DNA of 64,000 nt, taken from positions 1,184,001 to 1,248,000 of the forward strand of contig OZ242365.1 in NCBI GenBank assembly GCA_965208905.1. Reading direction: 5' to 3'. This stretch comes from Nitrosopumilaceae archaeon (lineage in GTDB: Archaea > Thermoproteota > Nitrososphaeria > Nitrososphaerales > Nitrosopumilaceae). A program made the translations under genes and the position numbers. Numbering within the stretch: the first letter of the stretch is position 1; each line of letters begins with the position of its first letter. Shown here piece after piece: positions 21,180-30,033 of this stretch. Under the pieces are notes generated by a model. The model was given only the letters and a program-made list of their open reading frames with translations. It did no database searches and had not been told where the DNA came from.

Positions 21180-23596
21180 TGAAGCTGCTATCCTTGGAGC
21201 TGGAGAATATACGAAGTTATCGTAAGCTCAATATATTATTTCCCAGTGGAAGCATACTATTTCGTGGAGATATGGGATCAGGCAAGTCCACGATATTAAT
21301 GGCTGTAGAATTTGCCTTGTTTGGAAACTCTTATTTATTGAAACATTTAGTGTCAAAAAAAGAACAAAAGGGCGAGGTGGTACTGCGCTTTGATGTTGAT
21401 GGCATCACGTACGAGATAGGGCGTGTCATATACATAAAAAACAATAGACCCAGCCAGAGCTCCAAAGAGTCGTATATAATGGTGGATGGAGTAAAAGAAC
21501 CGTTGGCCATCTCAGATTTAAGATCAAGAGTGTTAGAAATTTTGGGATTTAATGAACTTACCAATTCTCGTGCCGACAGCCGGGTCTACCGATATGCTGT
21601 ATATGTTCCTCAAGAAGAGATAAAGTCTATCATAGAAAGCAAGGACCGTGAAGAGATAATTCGACAAGCATTCAGTATGGAGGATTATAATACATCAATA
21701 GATAACATCAAAAAAATTGTAAAAAATATGAAACATACTAACGAAAAAACTGCCATTAGATTTGAAAGGCTAGATGAGTATGTGACCAAAGTACAAGAGA
21801 AGCATACATTACTTGCAGAATTAAACAACGAAATATCTCAGTATGTTAACAGTGAATCAAAGTTAACTGAACAACAAAAATCTATTCAACTAAATATGAA
21901 CAAAAACCGTTCAAAAATGGATGAGATAATAGGACTCCGAAAAGAGAGGGATCAATTAAAGACTACCATATCTGATGACGAAGAAACAAAAATATCATAC
22001 TATGATGATATTAATAAACAGAGATTAGAGTTAGACAAATTAGATGCCACCCTAGTGCAGTATGACGACATAAAACCCCCTACCACCAAGTCCGTGTCCG
22101 ATATTAACACTGAGATGACCCTAGTGCGTAAAAGAGAATCTATTCGCAATACTGCAGTTGAAAAATCTAAGGATATACAACAAAAACTCAAAACAATACG
22201 GGACCAATTAAAAGATCACAGCATGGCAGATATTTCTAATATGATATTAAATTTAGAGTCTAAAATAGACTCAAACAATTTACAATTATCCAACATTAGG
22301 GACACCCGTACTACTATGAATCATGAGTTAGGCGCCCTGAATCAGCAGGCCAGAACACTTACTGAAAGTCTAAGACGTGCATCTACCTTGGGGTCCCGAT
22401 GTGATGTATGTGAGAGTGAGCTTGATCCTGCACGTATACTCACATTAAAGACCACCCGCCAGTCTAAACTCGATGATATTAAAAGCAAGATTGCAGCAGC
22501 AGACAACTCCATTAAAGAGGCGCAATCACAGATATCTGCTATCACCGAACAAATCCAGTACGATACAGAATGTCTATCTAAATACAAAATAATGAAACAG
22601 ACCGCAATAGAGGAGGCACGTCTAGAGAGTGAGCTAAAAACAGTCTCTGCAAATCTAAACCTTATCACTCCTGATGATTATGTTGTGGATGGTTTTTTGG
22701 TAGAGTCTGGCGAGAGCGCCTATGAGTATTTGCATCGACTCTATAATGCCTTACTAAAGTATAATCGTGATATGGACATTCTTGCAGAAAAATACAAGAT
22801 AAAGGCTACATTGGAGACCAACCTTGAAAATACACAAAGATCATACAAAGAGATAACATCAAAGATTAAGTTAAAGCAGAACCGCCTAGACACTGTTATA
22901 TCAAAAATATCCGAGTCTGATATGGTGGAGGAACAGTACAATTCAATGTATCAGCAAAAGTTGGAACTTGACAATAAAATAAAGACAATTGTAGAAAAAA
23001 AATCCGCAACGAATGAGCGTATAATATTAACCACAAACGAGATCAATACACTAGACTCTGACATCATAACAGCCAAAGGATACAAAACTCAGTATGACTT
23101 GTATAACGATAGTATCGAATGGTTGGAGAGATACTACATCCGTTCAGTTATGACTATTGATAGAAAAACCAAACTCTCTCTGCGACATGATTTTGATCAA
23201 TTTTACAGAAAGTGGTACACTATGCTAATCGATGATCCTACTAAATCGTCTATAATAGATGAACAATTTGGCCCCATCATATATCAAGATGACTACGATA
23301 TACCCATAGATGGCCTGAGTGGGGGCGAGAAGACTAGTGTGGCATTAGCGTATCGCTTAGCATTAAACAGTACTATAAGACGACAAACCAACATACTAAA
23401 ATCTAACTTATTGATACTTGATGAGCCTACCGATGGTTTTTCACGTCATCAGATGGAGAATGTCCGTACCATATTCGAATCTCTACGTTGTGAACAGATC
23501 ATAATGGTCTCTCATGAGGCTGAGATGGAAGGCTACGTAGATCATGTCTTTAGGGTGACAAAGACCGAGGGATTGTCTTCCATTCAGCAGATGTGA
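21179..23596 (+). CDS. rad50: Rad50 SMC-like ATPase
   Basis: GDMGSGKST, coiled coils, CDVC zinc hook, LSGGE and LDEPT. Confidence 0.95.
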   Translation: MKLLSLELENIRSYRKLNILFPSGSILFRGDMGSGKSTILMAVEFALFGNSYLLKHLVSKKEQKGEVVLRFDVDGITYEIGRVIYIKNNRPSQSSKESYIMVDGVKEPLAISDLRSRVLEILGFNELTNSRADSRVYRYAVYVPQEEIKSIIESKDREEIIRQAFSMEDYNTSIDNIKKIVKNMKHTNEKTAIRFERLDEYVTKVQEKHTLLAELNNEISQYVNSESKLTEQQKSIQLNMNKNRSKMDEIIGLRKERDQLKTTISDDEETKISYYDDINKQRLELDKLDATLVQYDDIKPPTTKSVSDINTEMTLVRKRESIRNTAVEKSKDIQQKLKTIRDQLKDHSMADISNMILNLESKIDSNNLQLSNIRDTRTTMNHELGALNQQARTLTESLRRASTLGSRCDVCESELDPARILTLKTTRQSKLDDIKSKIAAADNSIKEAQSQISAITEQIQYDTECLSKYKIMKQTAIEEARLESELKTVSANLNLITPDDYVVDGFLVESGESAYEYLHRLYNALLKYNRDMDILAEKYKIKATLETNLENTQRSYKEITSKIKLKQNRLDTVISKISESDMVEEQYNSMYQQKLELDNKIKTIVEKKSATNERIILTTNEINTLDSDIITAKGYKTQYDLYNDSIEWLERYYIRSVMTIDRKTKLSLRHDFDQFYRKWYTMLIDDPTKSSIIDEQFGPIIYQDDYDIPIDGLSGGEKTSVALAYRLALNSTIRRQTNILKSNLLILDEPTDGFSRHQMENVRTIFESLRCEQIIMVSHEAEMEGYVDHVFRVTKTEGLSSIQQM

Positions 23597-23598
23597 TA

Positions 23599-24039
23599 CT
23601 AGTTGACTTGTATGCTGCTGGCCATCCACGGATGTACTATACAAAAGTAGTCATATGTCCCTGACTCTTCAAATGTATACTCAAATGAGGCATCAATCAT
23701 TATTAAACCAGAATCAAACAATCCGTCAGGAACCATGTCTGTTACACTAGTTATGGTATGTGCGGCAGCATCTGGATTATCCCATCGTATTGTATCTCCA
23801 CTGTTTATTGTGAGTGTGTGGGGAATATAGCATGAGTCATCCTCTTCACATCCTACAACACTGGACCCCTCTGCAATTAGTATTGTATGCGTCTGGGGTC
23901 CCATTACAATCTCTACCTCGGGTTCGGCGACTTCGACTATTATGGGTTCGGGCAGATATCCAGGGTCGAGCCCAATCAAGCCTAGTATGCCTGCTACTAA
24001 AACTCCCATTGCTATGATTACTCCTACAGCAAACTTCAT
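23599..24039 (-). CDS. Membrane-anchored blue copper (plastocyanin-like) protein
   Basis: N-terminal hydrophobic helix, HTITS and YFCIVHPWM type-1 Cu ligands. Confidence 0.92.
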   Translation of the reverse strand: MKFAVGVIIAMGVLVAGILGLIGLDPGYLPEPIIVEVAEPEVEIVMGPQTHTILIAEGSSVVGCEEDDSCYIPHTLTINSGDTIRWDNPDAAAHTITSVTDMVPDGLFDSGLIMIDASFEYTFEESGTYDYFCIVHPWMASSIQVN

Positions 24040-24040
24040 T

Positions 24041-24529
24041 TTAACCTCCGGTCAATCTCGCAAACTTTTCATTACGACTTAATCCGTCCATAAATTCGAT
24101 ATTGGCGAGAGCCACTACGGCCGACTCAGATACGGGTTTATCCGGATCATCCAATGCCCGCTGTAAAGTCTCTTTTGCTTGTGATGAGCCAATGACACCC
24201 AACGCAATGGCTGCTTCGTGACGGACAAACATACTGGGGTCGTTTAATGTGGCATCTGCCAGTGGCTCTATCCCTTGCGAGTCACACATCTGACCTAAAG
24301 AGAAGGCTGCCTCGTGCCGTACTAACTCATTATCATCATCCTTTAGAACTCGCGCAATATGCTTAATCTTGTCCTCGCCCCCAAAGTCTACCAGTATACA
24401 GGTGGCTCTGGTGCGCACCACATAATCGGAGTGATTCAATAACTCAACAAAGTAGCCGACATCCATATCTTCATATCTCTTCTCCATCTCGGTGAATATC
24501 TGCATACGATCTTGTATTATATCTTCCAA
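24041..24529 (-). CDS. HEAT/PBS-lyase repeat protein (DOHH-like HE motifs)
   Basis: Repeated VRHEAA motifs. Confidence 0.85.
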   Translation of the reverse strand: MEDIIQDRMQIFTEMEKRYEDMDVGYFVELLNHSDYVVRTRATCILVDFGGEDKIKHIARVLKDDDNELVRHEAAFSLGQMCDSQGIEPLADATLNDPSMFVRHEAAIALGVIGSSQAKETLQRALDDPDKPVSESAVVALANIEFMDGLSRNEKFARLTGG

Positions 24530-24935
24530 TATAACGGCATTTTTTTGTCACCTATATTTAGGTTCATAAAGAAAGTTGTACACTAGCGTAACGCCTGCTT
24601 GGTGGGGAGATGGGCAGACACAAGATTATAGATGTGTTGGAGCCATTCGAACTATCAAAAAAGAAGTCCGACGTGATGTCTGGTATTCTGGCTCTCTACA
24701 TCCGACATATGACTTCAACTGGCCTGCGCGAGGTTCCCGTTGTATGTAGCATCTAAAAACACCATACACGCGTCAAGGATGGGAGTATATGGTGTACGTT
24801 TGCATGAATTTGTACGGTAGCATAATGATGCTGGTCAAAACATTGTGATCCGTGTATATGGATGGTATCTGGCATCCTTGCAGATTGGCTGAATGATGTT
24901 CAATTTACACTAGGTATTATATATCCGAAGATAAT

Positions 24936-26477
24936 TTGCCAATTATGATGGACTCAAATATTGATGAGACACTGTTGAAAGAGTTTGAACAAAAGATGTG
25001 GTCTTCTATGCCACACATGGAGAATGACTCTAGTATAGTAAACGCCACACCATTGGTGAATATTACAGCTGATCTAAGAGAGTGTGCAAGACAGGTATAC
25101 AAAATTAATCTACCTGATGGTATAGATCTATGGGGAAAATTTGACTCTAAACTTCCGACTGGCTCCATAAAGGTCAGACCTGCAGCATATATAATTCGGG
25201 AGGCCATACGGTCTGGAGATCTTAAAGCTGGACAGACAATAATTGAGGCTACCTCTGGAAATTTTGGTATTGCACTGGGCCGAGTCTCTGATATGGACAT
25301 CAATGTGATATCTTTAGTATCACGAAGATTACAGGAAGGAGTCTTTGAGGAGCTAAAAGAAGGAAATGTAAGTACAATAGATCTCGATATGGACATTTGC
25401 CCAGCCCCGGGGATGAAAGATAGTGCCGATACAATAGCCGCTAAAGCCACCGCCATAAACATCAGATCTCAACTGTCGTCTATGGGATTTGATCCAAAAA
25501 TCTTTGATGATGCATATCAAGAGATCGAGTCACTTTTGGTGGAACAAGATATTATAAACTTGGCAAAGTTACTAGGACGCATATATGGTATGTTTTGTAC
25601 TGAACAGTATGACAATCAGCTGAATATAGAGACACACAAAACTATTACGGCACCTGAAATAGATCAACAACTTCATGAACATAACAAATCCCTCGGAGAT
25701 TACAAGGTGTTCTGTACCTTTGGAACAGGCGGTACATCTGGAGGCATCAGTGAATACATACAAGAGAAGTATGGAAAAAAATCAGTACATGTAGTATTTC
25801 CTCCCGCTGGTCAAGATGTTGCAGGCATACGAACTTTGGACAAGGCTGATGGTTTAGGCCTATATGCTCCTCAAGACTATGCTGAGCAGCATGTGGTTGA
25901 CTTTGAGAACGCACGGCATCTTTTAAAGTTCCTTGTTCAAAGAGGTTATGATATTGGTGAGAGTAGTGCTTTGGCATTATACGCGGCACTGGAACTGGCA
26001 GCCTTCAACAAAGGTAAGAAGTTTGTGGTGATAGTTGCTGATGGTATACAGAAATACAAAAAAGCACTAGAGTCTGGCACACAAGACCTACAGGTCTCAT
26101 TAGAAGATGTATCTTCACATTCGGACGACTATGACAAGATAATTTGGGTGCATCCACAATATACGCCACGTGAGCACGGTGTTGATATTATAGCACGATC
26201 CTTGGGAGTTGACAAATCAAAGATATTCATACCAAAAGCAAGTACTGTAGGGGAGATGTTAACGACACAAAATATCCCTGAACATCTTAAGAACGAAATA
26301 CAGACTTCCAATGGAAAGGCATTACTGGTCTGCATGGCAGGAAAGACATCACTTATGGCTTCCAAGGTACTTGCCAAAAACGGCATAGCGACTCAGAGTC
26401 TTAATGGTGGTATAACTGGTCTACCAGAGAGTCAGAGTAAAAGTCCTGCAGAATATATTCGTCCTGCCACAGATTAG
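24936..26477 (+). CDS. PLP-dependent cysteine-synthase-family protein with C-terminal rhodanese-like domain
   Basis: PTGSIKVR (PLP Lys), EATSGNFG and GTGGT; C-terminal LVCMAGKTS...SLNGGI. Confidence 0.82.
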   Translation: MPIMMDSNIDETLLKEFEQKMWSSMPHMENDSSIVNATPLVNITADLRECARQVYKINLPDGIDLWGKFDSKLPTGSIKVRPAAYIIREAIRSGDLKAGQTIIEATSGNFGIALGRVSDMDINVISLVSRRLQEGVFEELKEGNVSTIDLDMDICPAPGMKDSADTIAAKATAINIRSQLSSMGFDPKIFDDAYQEIESLLVEQDIINLAKLLGRIYGMFCTEQYDNQLNIETHKTITAPEIDQQLHEHNKSLGDYKVFCTFGTGGTSGGISEYIQEKYGKKSVHVVFPPAGQDVAGIRTLDKADGLGLYAPQDYAEQHVVDFENARHLLKFLVQRGYDIGESSALALYAALELAAFNKGKKFVVIVADGIQKYKKALESGTQDLQVSLEDVSSHSDDYDKIIWVHPQYTPREHGVDIIARSLGVDKSKIFIPKASTVGEMLTTQNIPEHLKNEIQTSNGKALLVCMAGKTSLMASKVLAKNGIATQSLNGGITGLPESQSKSPAEYIRPATD

Positions 26478-26619
26478 GTAGTTAATATACTGTGGAATGT
26501 TCCACTTTGGCATTTATTGATGTATAAATCGATTATAAATTATTAAATTACAAGGCGTATCCTTAAAAAATACACCATTCGCAAGGTTTTTGAAACCGTA
26601 TTGTAACATGGTATGTAAT

Positions 26620-27846
26620 ATGCCTGATGAGATAATTGAGATGCGAGGCCATCTTATTGATTCAATGACATTGACTCGTGTAATGAACAAGATAATTGCT
26701 CGTGGCGGAAGCTATGAATTTTTACAGTTCGATGTGGGTCTCAAAGATACCGACACAAGCTACTTGAAACTTCAGGTAACTGCAGACACCACGACACTCT
26801 TGGATGAAATATTAGACGACATACATAGTGAAGGTGCAATTGAAGTATCGCCAAAGACTGTTATGATAAAACCCGCCCCCAAAGACATGACACTTCCCAT
26901 GGACTTTTACAGCACTACAAACAACGAGACTAGAGTATTCTACGATGACCACTGGATTACGGCACAGAGACAGATGATGGACAAATGTATAGTTGTTCAA
27001 GATAAGACTGCTGTATGCACAGCCATTCGTGATGTTCGTAAGGGTGATGGAATAGTTTGTGGTGAGAATGGGGTTCGTGTAGTTGTACCACACCGCCCTC
27101 GAAAGACATCTGATACATTTACGTTCATGAATAGTGGCAGCTCTAGCGAACGTCCTACTCTGAATATTGCTCGTCGGGTAGCTCAGGATATATACAATAC
27201 AAAAAAAAGTCATGGCCGTGTTATACTGGTGGGCGGACCGGCAATTGTACATACTGGAGGCTCGCCATCTGTAGCTGGCATGATTCGTAATGGATACATA
27301 AATGGGATTTTGGCAGGAAACGCCTTGGCCGTACATGATATAGAAAGCTCCATTTATGGCACTTCATTGGGTATGCGCATAAAGGATGCTACACCCGCCA
27401 GCAAAGGCCATAGAAACCATATGGATACTGTAAATGAAGTGTTCACATATGGCTCAATATATGATATGGTTGATGCTGGCAGATTAAACAAGGGAATATT
27501 TTATGAGTGTGTTAAACATGACACACCGTTTGTATTAGCCGGCTCCATACGTGATGATGGCCCGCTCCCTGACGTTGTAACTGATGTGGTTGAGGCCCAA
27601 AAAGAGTACAAAAAGATGTTGGATGGCGCTACACTAGTTCTGATGATATCCACAATGCTTCACTCTATTGCTGTTGGCAATATGCTTCCCTCTACGGTAA
27701 AGATAATTGCTGTTGACATAAATCAATCCACTGTAACAAAATTAATTGATCGTGGTACGTGGCAGGCTATGGGTATAGTTACAGATGTCGGGGCATTTTT
27801 ACCATTGGTGGTACAGGAGCTTGAGAATCAAGAGTCTACTGTGTAG
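26620..27846 (+). CDS. LOR/SDH-domain protein (TIGR00300-like; putative ornithine cyclodeaminase)
   Basis: GHLIDS, FYSTTN, SSERP, GNALAVHDIE and GSIRDDGPLP motifs. Confidence 0.85.
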   Translation: MPDEIIEMRGHLIDSMTLTRVMNKIIARGGSYEFLQFDVGLKDTDTSYLKLQVTADTTTLLDEILDDIHSEGAIEVSPKTVMIKPAPKDMTLPMDFYSTTNNETRVFYDDHWITAQRQMMDKCIVVQDKTAVCTAIRDVRKGDGIVCGENGVRVVVPHRPRKTSDTFTFMNSGSSSERPTLNIARRVAQDIYNTKKSHGRVILVGGPAIVHTGGSPSVAGMIRNGYINGILAGNALAVHDIESSIYGTSLGMRIKDATPASKGHRNHMDTVNEVFTYGSIYDMVDAGRLNKGIFYECVKHDTPFVLAGSIRDDGPLPDVVTDVVEAQKEYKKMLDGATLVLMISTMLHSIAVGNMLPSTVKIIAVDINQSTVTKLIDRGTWQAMGIVTDVGAFLPLVVQELENQESTV

Positions 27847-27962
27847 AAAAAAAATGGGAATTATAGTGATGGGTAGGATCATTTAATAATCCCAAACGGT
27901 GTAGTATAGCAAATTCAGATCCAAGGAGGTGAACGGGTAAACAGGATGCAAAAAATGCGGTT

Positions 27963-28112
27963 TCATATGCAAGTGTGCGATTTAATCATCAACCGAGGTG
28001 TCATGAATGTAAAAGGGAATGAAACCAATAGAATACACGATAGACACAGCCCGTGTATTTGAGGACATGCAGAATCAAACAGATGACATCCACACAGCCC
28101 TACAAGTTTCAT
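27963..28112 (-). CDS. Putative 49-aa Cys-rich hydrophobic peptide (IS cargo)
   Basis: MKLVGLCGCHLFDSACPQIHGLCLSCILLVSFPFTFMTPRLMIKSHTCI; preceded by GGAAGGTGAGGTG and a TATA-like ctatata about 25-30 bp upstream. Confidence 0.35.
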   Translation of the reverse strand: MKLVGLCGCHLFDSACPQIHGLCLSCILLVSFPFTFMTPRLMIKSHTCI

Positions 28113-28276
28113 GACACCTCACCTTCCTTTATATTGTATATAGTGGTTTTGATCATTTAGATACCGTAGCATTATATGTCGCGTATCGTATTGTACAATG
28201 CCATGCGGGTTTAGTAGAAACTTTCACTCGTAAATTCATTAACGATATCCGTATCATGGCCTCTGCGGGTATCATA

Positions 28277-28558
28277 TCATGTCTTATAACGCATGTCCAA
28301 AACTCGCACTATACTATGTGTTATGTGCAGCATGGTTATCTTGCGTGGAGGCCGTGACTCAAATAAGGCCCTCTCAGACTCTAAATCTTTGACTTTCTGC
28401 AACAATTCCTTCAAGTATGACATGGTTATATCGTCTGCCCGTAATTGATGTGTGTCTTTTGCCTTGTTGTATGTTGTCCCTCTGAATGATGTTACTGTTT
28501 CTATGTTGTCCCTGGGATATTCTGGCAAATTCTCTAGTATGTCCCGTTCCAATGTCAT
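28277..28558 (-). CDS. Orphan 93-aa protein (IS cargo)
   Basis: ATG ORF with a TTTATA box about 25 bp upstream; no recognisable domain. Confidence 0.55.
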   Translation of the reverse strand: MTLERDILENLPEYPRDNIETVTSFRGTTYNKAKDTHQLRADDITMSYLKELLQKVKDLESERALFESRPPRKITMLHITHSIVRVLDMRYKT

Positions 28559-28907
28559 AATGCGAGTTGTATGACAGTCTGTATAAACTCTATCAATGTT
28601 TATAATACAACCACAAGGGCAATGATATGTCGCACGGGTTCATTAATGCTCGTTAAATCGTTGCTGCCGTCCATATTGCGACCTCTGTGGACGGCAAAAT
28701 CTAAGATATAGCATTACATTTTTGTGATAAAGTTGGTTTACTATGTATTAACTTTGTACAACTAAATGCAAGTAAACATAGAGTTATAACCATAATCTAA
28801 GTATATACAAACAATGGTATAACAGTTCCATGTTACTGCTTCAGATACCATGAGCGGTAACTGTCGCTGCCCCTGTAGATTGTGAGCTAGGGGCAGCATC
28901 ATCCTTT

Positions 28908-28990
28908 GTCGTGGTGGTCTAGTCTGGTAGGGCGGCGGTCTCAAAAATCGCTCATTCACAATGGCGCAGGTTCAAATCCTGTCCACGGCG
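28908..28990 (+). tRNA. Class II tRNA with CAA (Leu) anticodon and tRNA-Ser-like body
   Basis: Acceptor GTCGTGG/CCACGGC + G73; D arm GTCTAGTCTGGTAGGGC; anticodon arm GCGGT-CTCAAAA-ATCGC; variable arm TCATT-CAC-AATGG; T arm GCAGG-TTCAAAT-CCTGT. Confidence 0.9.
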
Positions 28991-29000
28991 CACTAAACAT

Positions 29001-29951
29001 CTAACTTATCAGTTGCTCATATGTCAACCGCTTGCCAATCATGCCCCTTGCCAAACTTATCATCATGTCTTCAGTGTCTAGATTTCGTATGTTTAAACGG
29101 CCAGCAAACTCATTGACATACCTGTGCAGGTGCTTTGCCGACACATGATGGAATGTACCGTAATAGCCACGCTTTAACAAAGCCCAAAAGGATTCTATGC
29201 CGTTAGTGTGCGCCATGCCGTTGACATATTGACTTACCGAATGATTAACCACTTCGTGATTTGGTAAACTCTTGTATGCTCTATGCTCATCCGTATAATG
29301 GGTACTGCCCGACTTGACATTGTCTTTAATAAATTTGCCAAGTCGAGCAGATGTGGTCTCATTTACGGGTTCGGCTCTTATATCACCTGTCTTTCTATCT
29401 TTGATACCTACAACTGCGGTTTTGTTTGCACCGCCTTGACTGTGGGGTTGTTTCTTTGTACTGTGTTTGTTCTTTTCCTTGCCACCGATATAGGTCTCAT
29501 CTATTTCGACTGGACCTTCCAGTTTGTCAATACCTGCCAATGTTTGCCATGATTCACGCAAACGCTGAACCATGAACCATGCTGAACTTTGGGATATGCC
29601 TAAGTCTCTGTGTAGTTTCATTGATGATATACCCTTGACATTAGTCATAAACTGGTATGTTGCGATTGCCCAATGCTGGTATGATATTTTGGATTGTTGC
29701 ATTACAGTGCCGACTTTGACTGAAAAATACGTTTTGCACTTACTACAATAGTATGGCATCTTTGGATGTTTACATTCTATGGTATCATCATGTTTGCAGT
29801 TGGGACATTTACGGCCATCTCTCCATATGTGGCTTTCAAACCACTTCATGGATGTATGATTGTCTGGAAACATCTTTAGTAAATCTATTAGTGTGATTCC
29901 TTCCCTGTGTGATTTGCCTGGTGCTTGTTGCATGTAATACCTTAGATTCAT
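29001..29951 (-). CDS. IS1595-family (ISXO2-like) transposase
   Basis: Zn ribbon CPNC...CSKC, HTH, VEIDETYIGG, YTDE, VNHS, HTNGIESFW and YVNEF motifs. Confidence 0.96.
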   Translation of the reverse strand: MNLRYYMQQAPGKSHREGITLIDLLKMFPDNHTSMKWFESHIWRDGRKCPNCKHDDTIECKHPKMPYYCSKCKTYFSVKVGTVMQQSKISYQHWAIATYQFMTNVKGISSMKLHRDLGISQSSAWFMVQRLRESWQTLAGIDKLEGPVEIDETYIGGKEKNKHSTKKQPHSQGGANKTAVVGIKDRKTGDIRAEPVNETTSARLGKFIKDNVKSGSTHYTDEHRAYKSLPNHEVVNHSVSQYVNGMAHTNGIESFWALLKRGYYGTFHHVSAKHLHRYVNEFAGRLNIRNLDTEDMMISLARGMIGKRLTYEQLIS

Positions 29952-30033
29952 AGGGCATATAAATCCTACCCATCACTATAATTCCCAAAAAAATCCTCAA
30001 CACCAACGATATAATTTGAACATAGATGCAATT

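Larger units (their letters stand above)
27856..29986. mobile_element. IS1595-family element with passenger cargo (2131 bp)
   Basis: Perfect 24-bp TIRs gggaattatagtgatgggtaggat (27856-27879 and 29963-29986); 8-bp direct repeat AAAAAAAT on both flanks (27848-27855 and 29987-29994); intact transposase. Confidence 0.95.

Noticed and set aside
15622-23596. nurA-herA-mre11-rad50 as a novel defence system
   Set aside because: This is the canonical archaeal double-strand-break repair operon.
28019-28114. Plus-strand mini-ORF MKPIEYTIDTARVFEDMQ... resembling a GHKL ATPase N-terminus
   Set aside because: Only 31 aa, it stops before any diagnostic motif, and it overlaps the better-signalled minus-strand ORF.
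28908-28990. tRNA-Sec (TCA) reading, tempting given the SelB-like gene at 3238
   Set aside because: The 7-nt loop centres on CAA and the fold is canonical 7/5, not 9/4. No in-frame TGA selenoprotein candidate was noticed.
618-29951. Genome-wide reassignment of TTG to Ser suggested by the odd tRNA
   Set aside because: TTG encodes conserved Leu positions, for example SOD PL(L)G, Mrp GL(L)DAD and the transposase WA(L)LKR, so at most there is low-level ambiguity.
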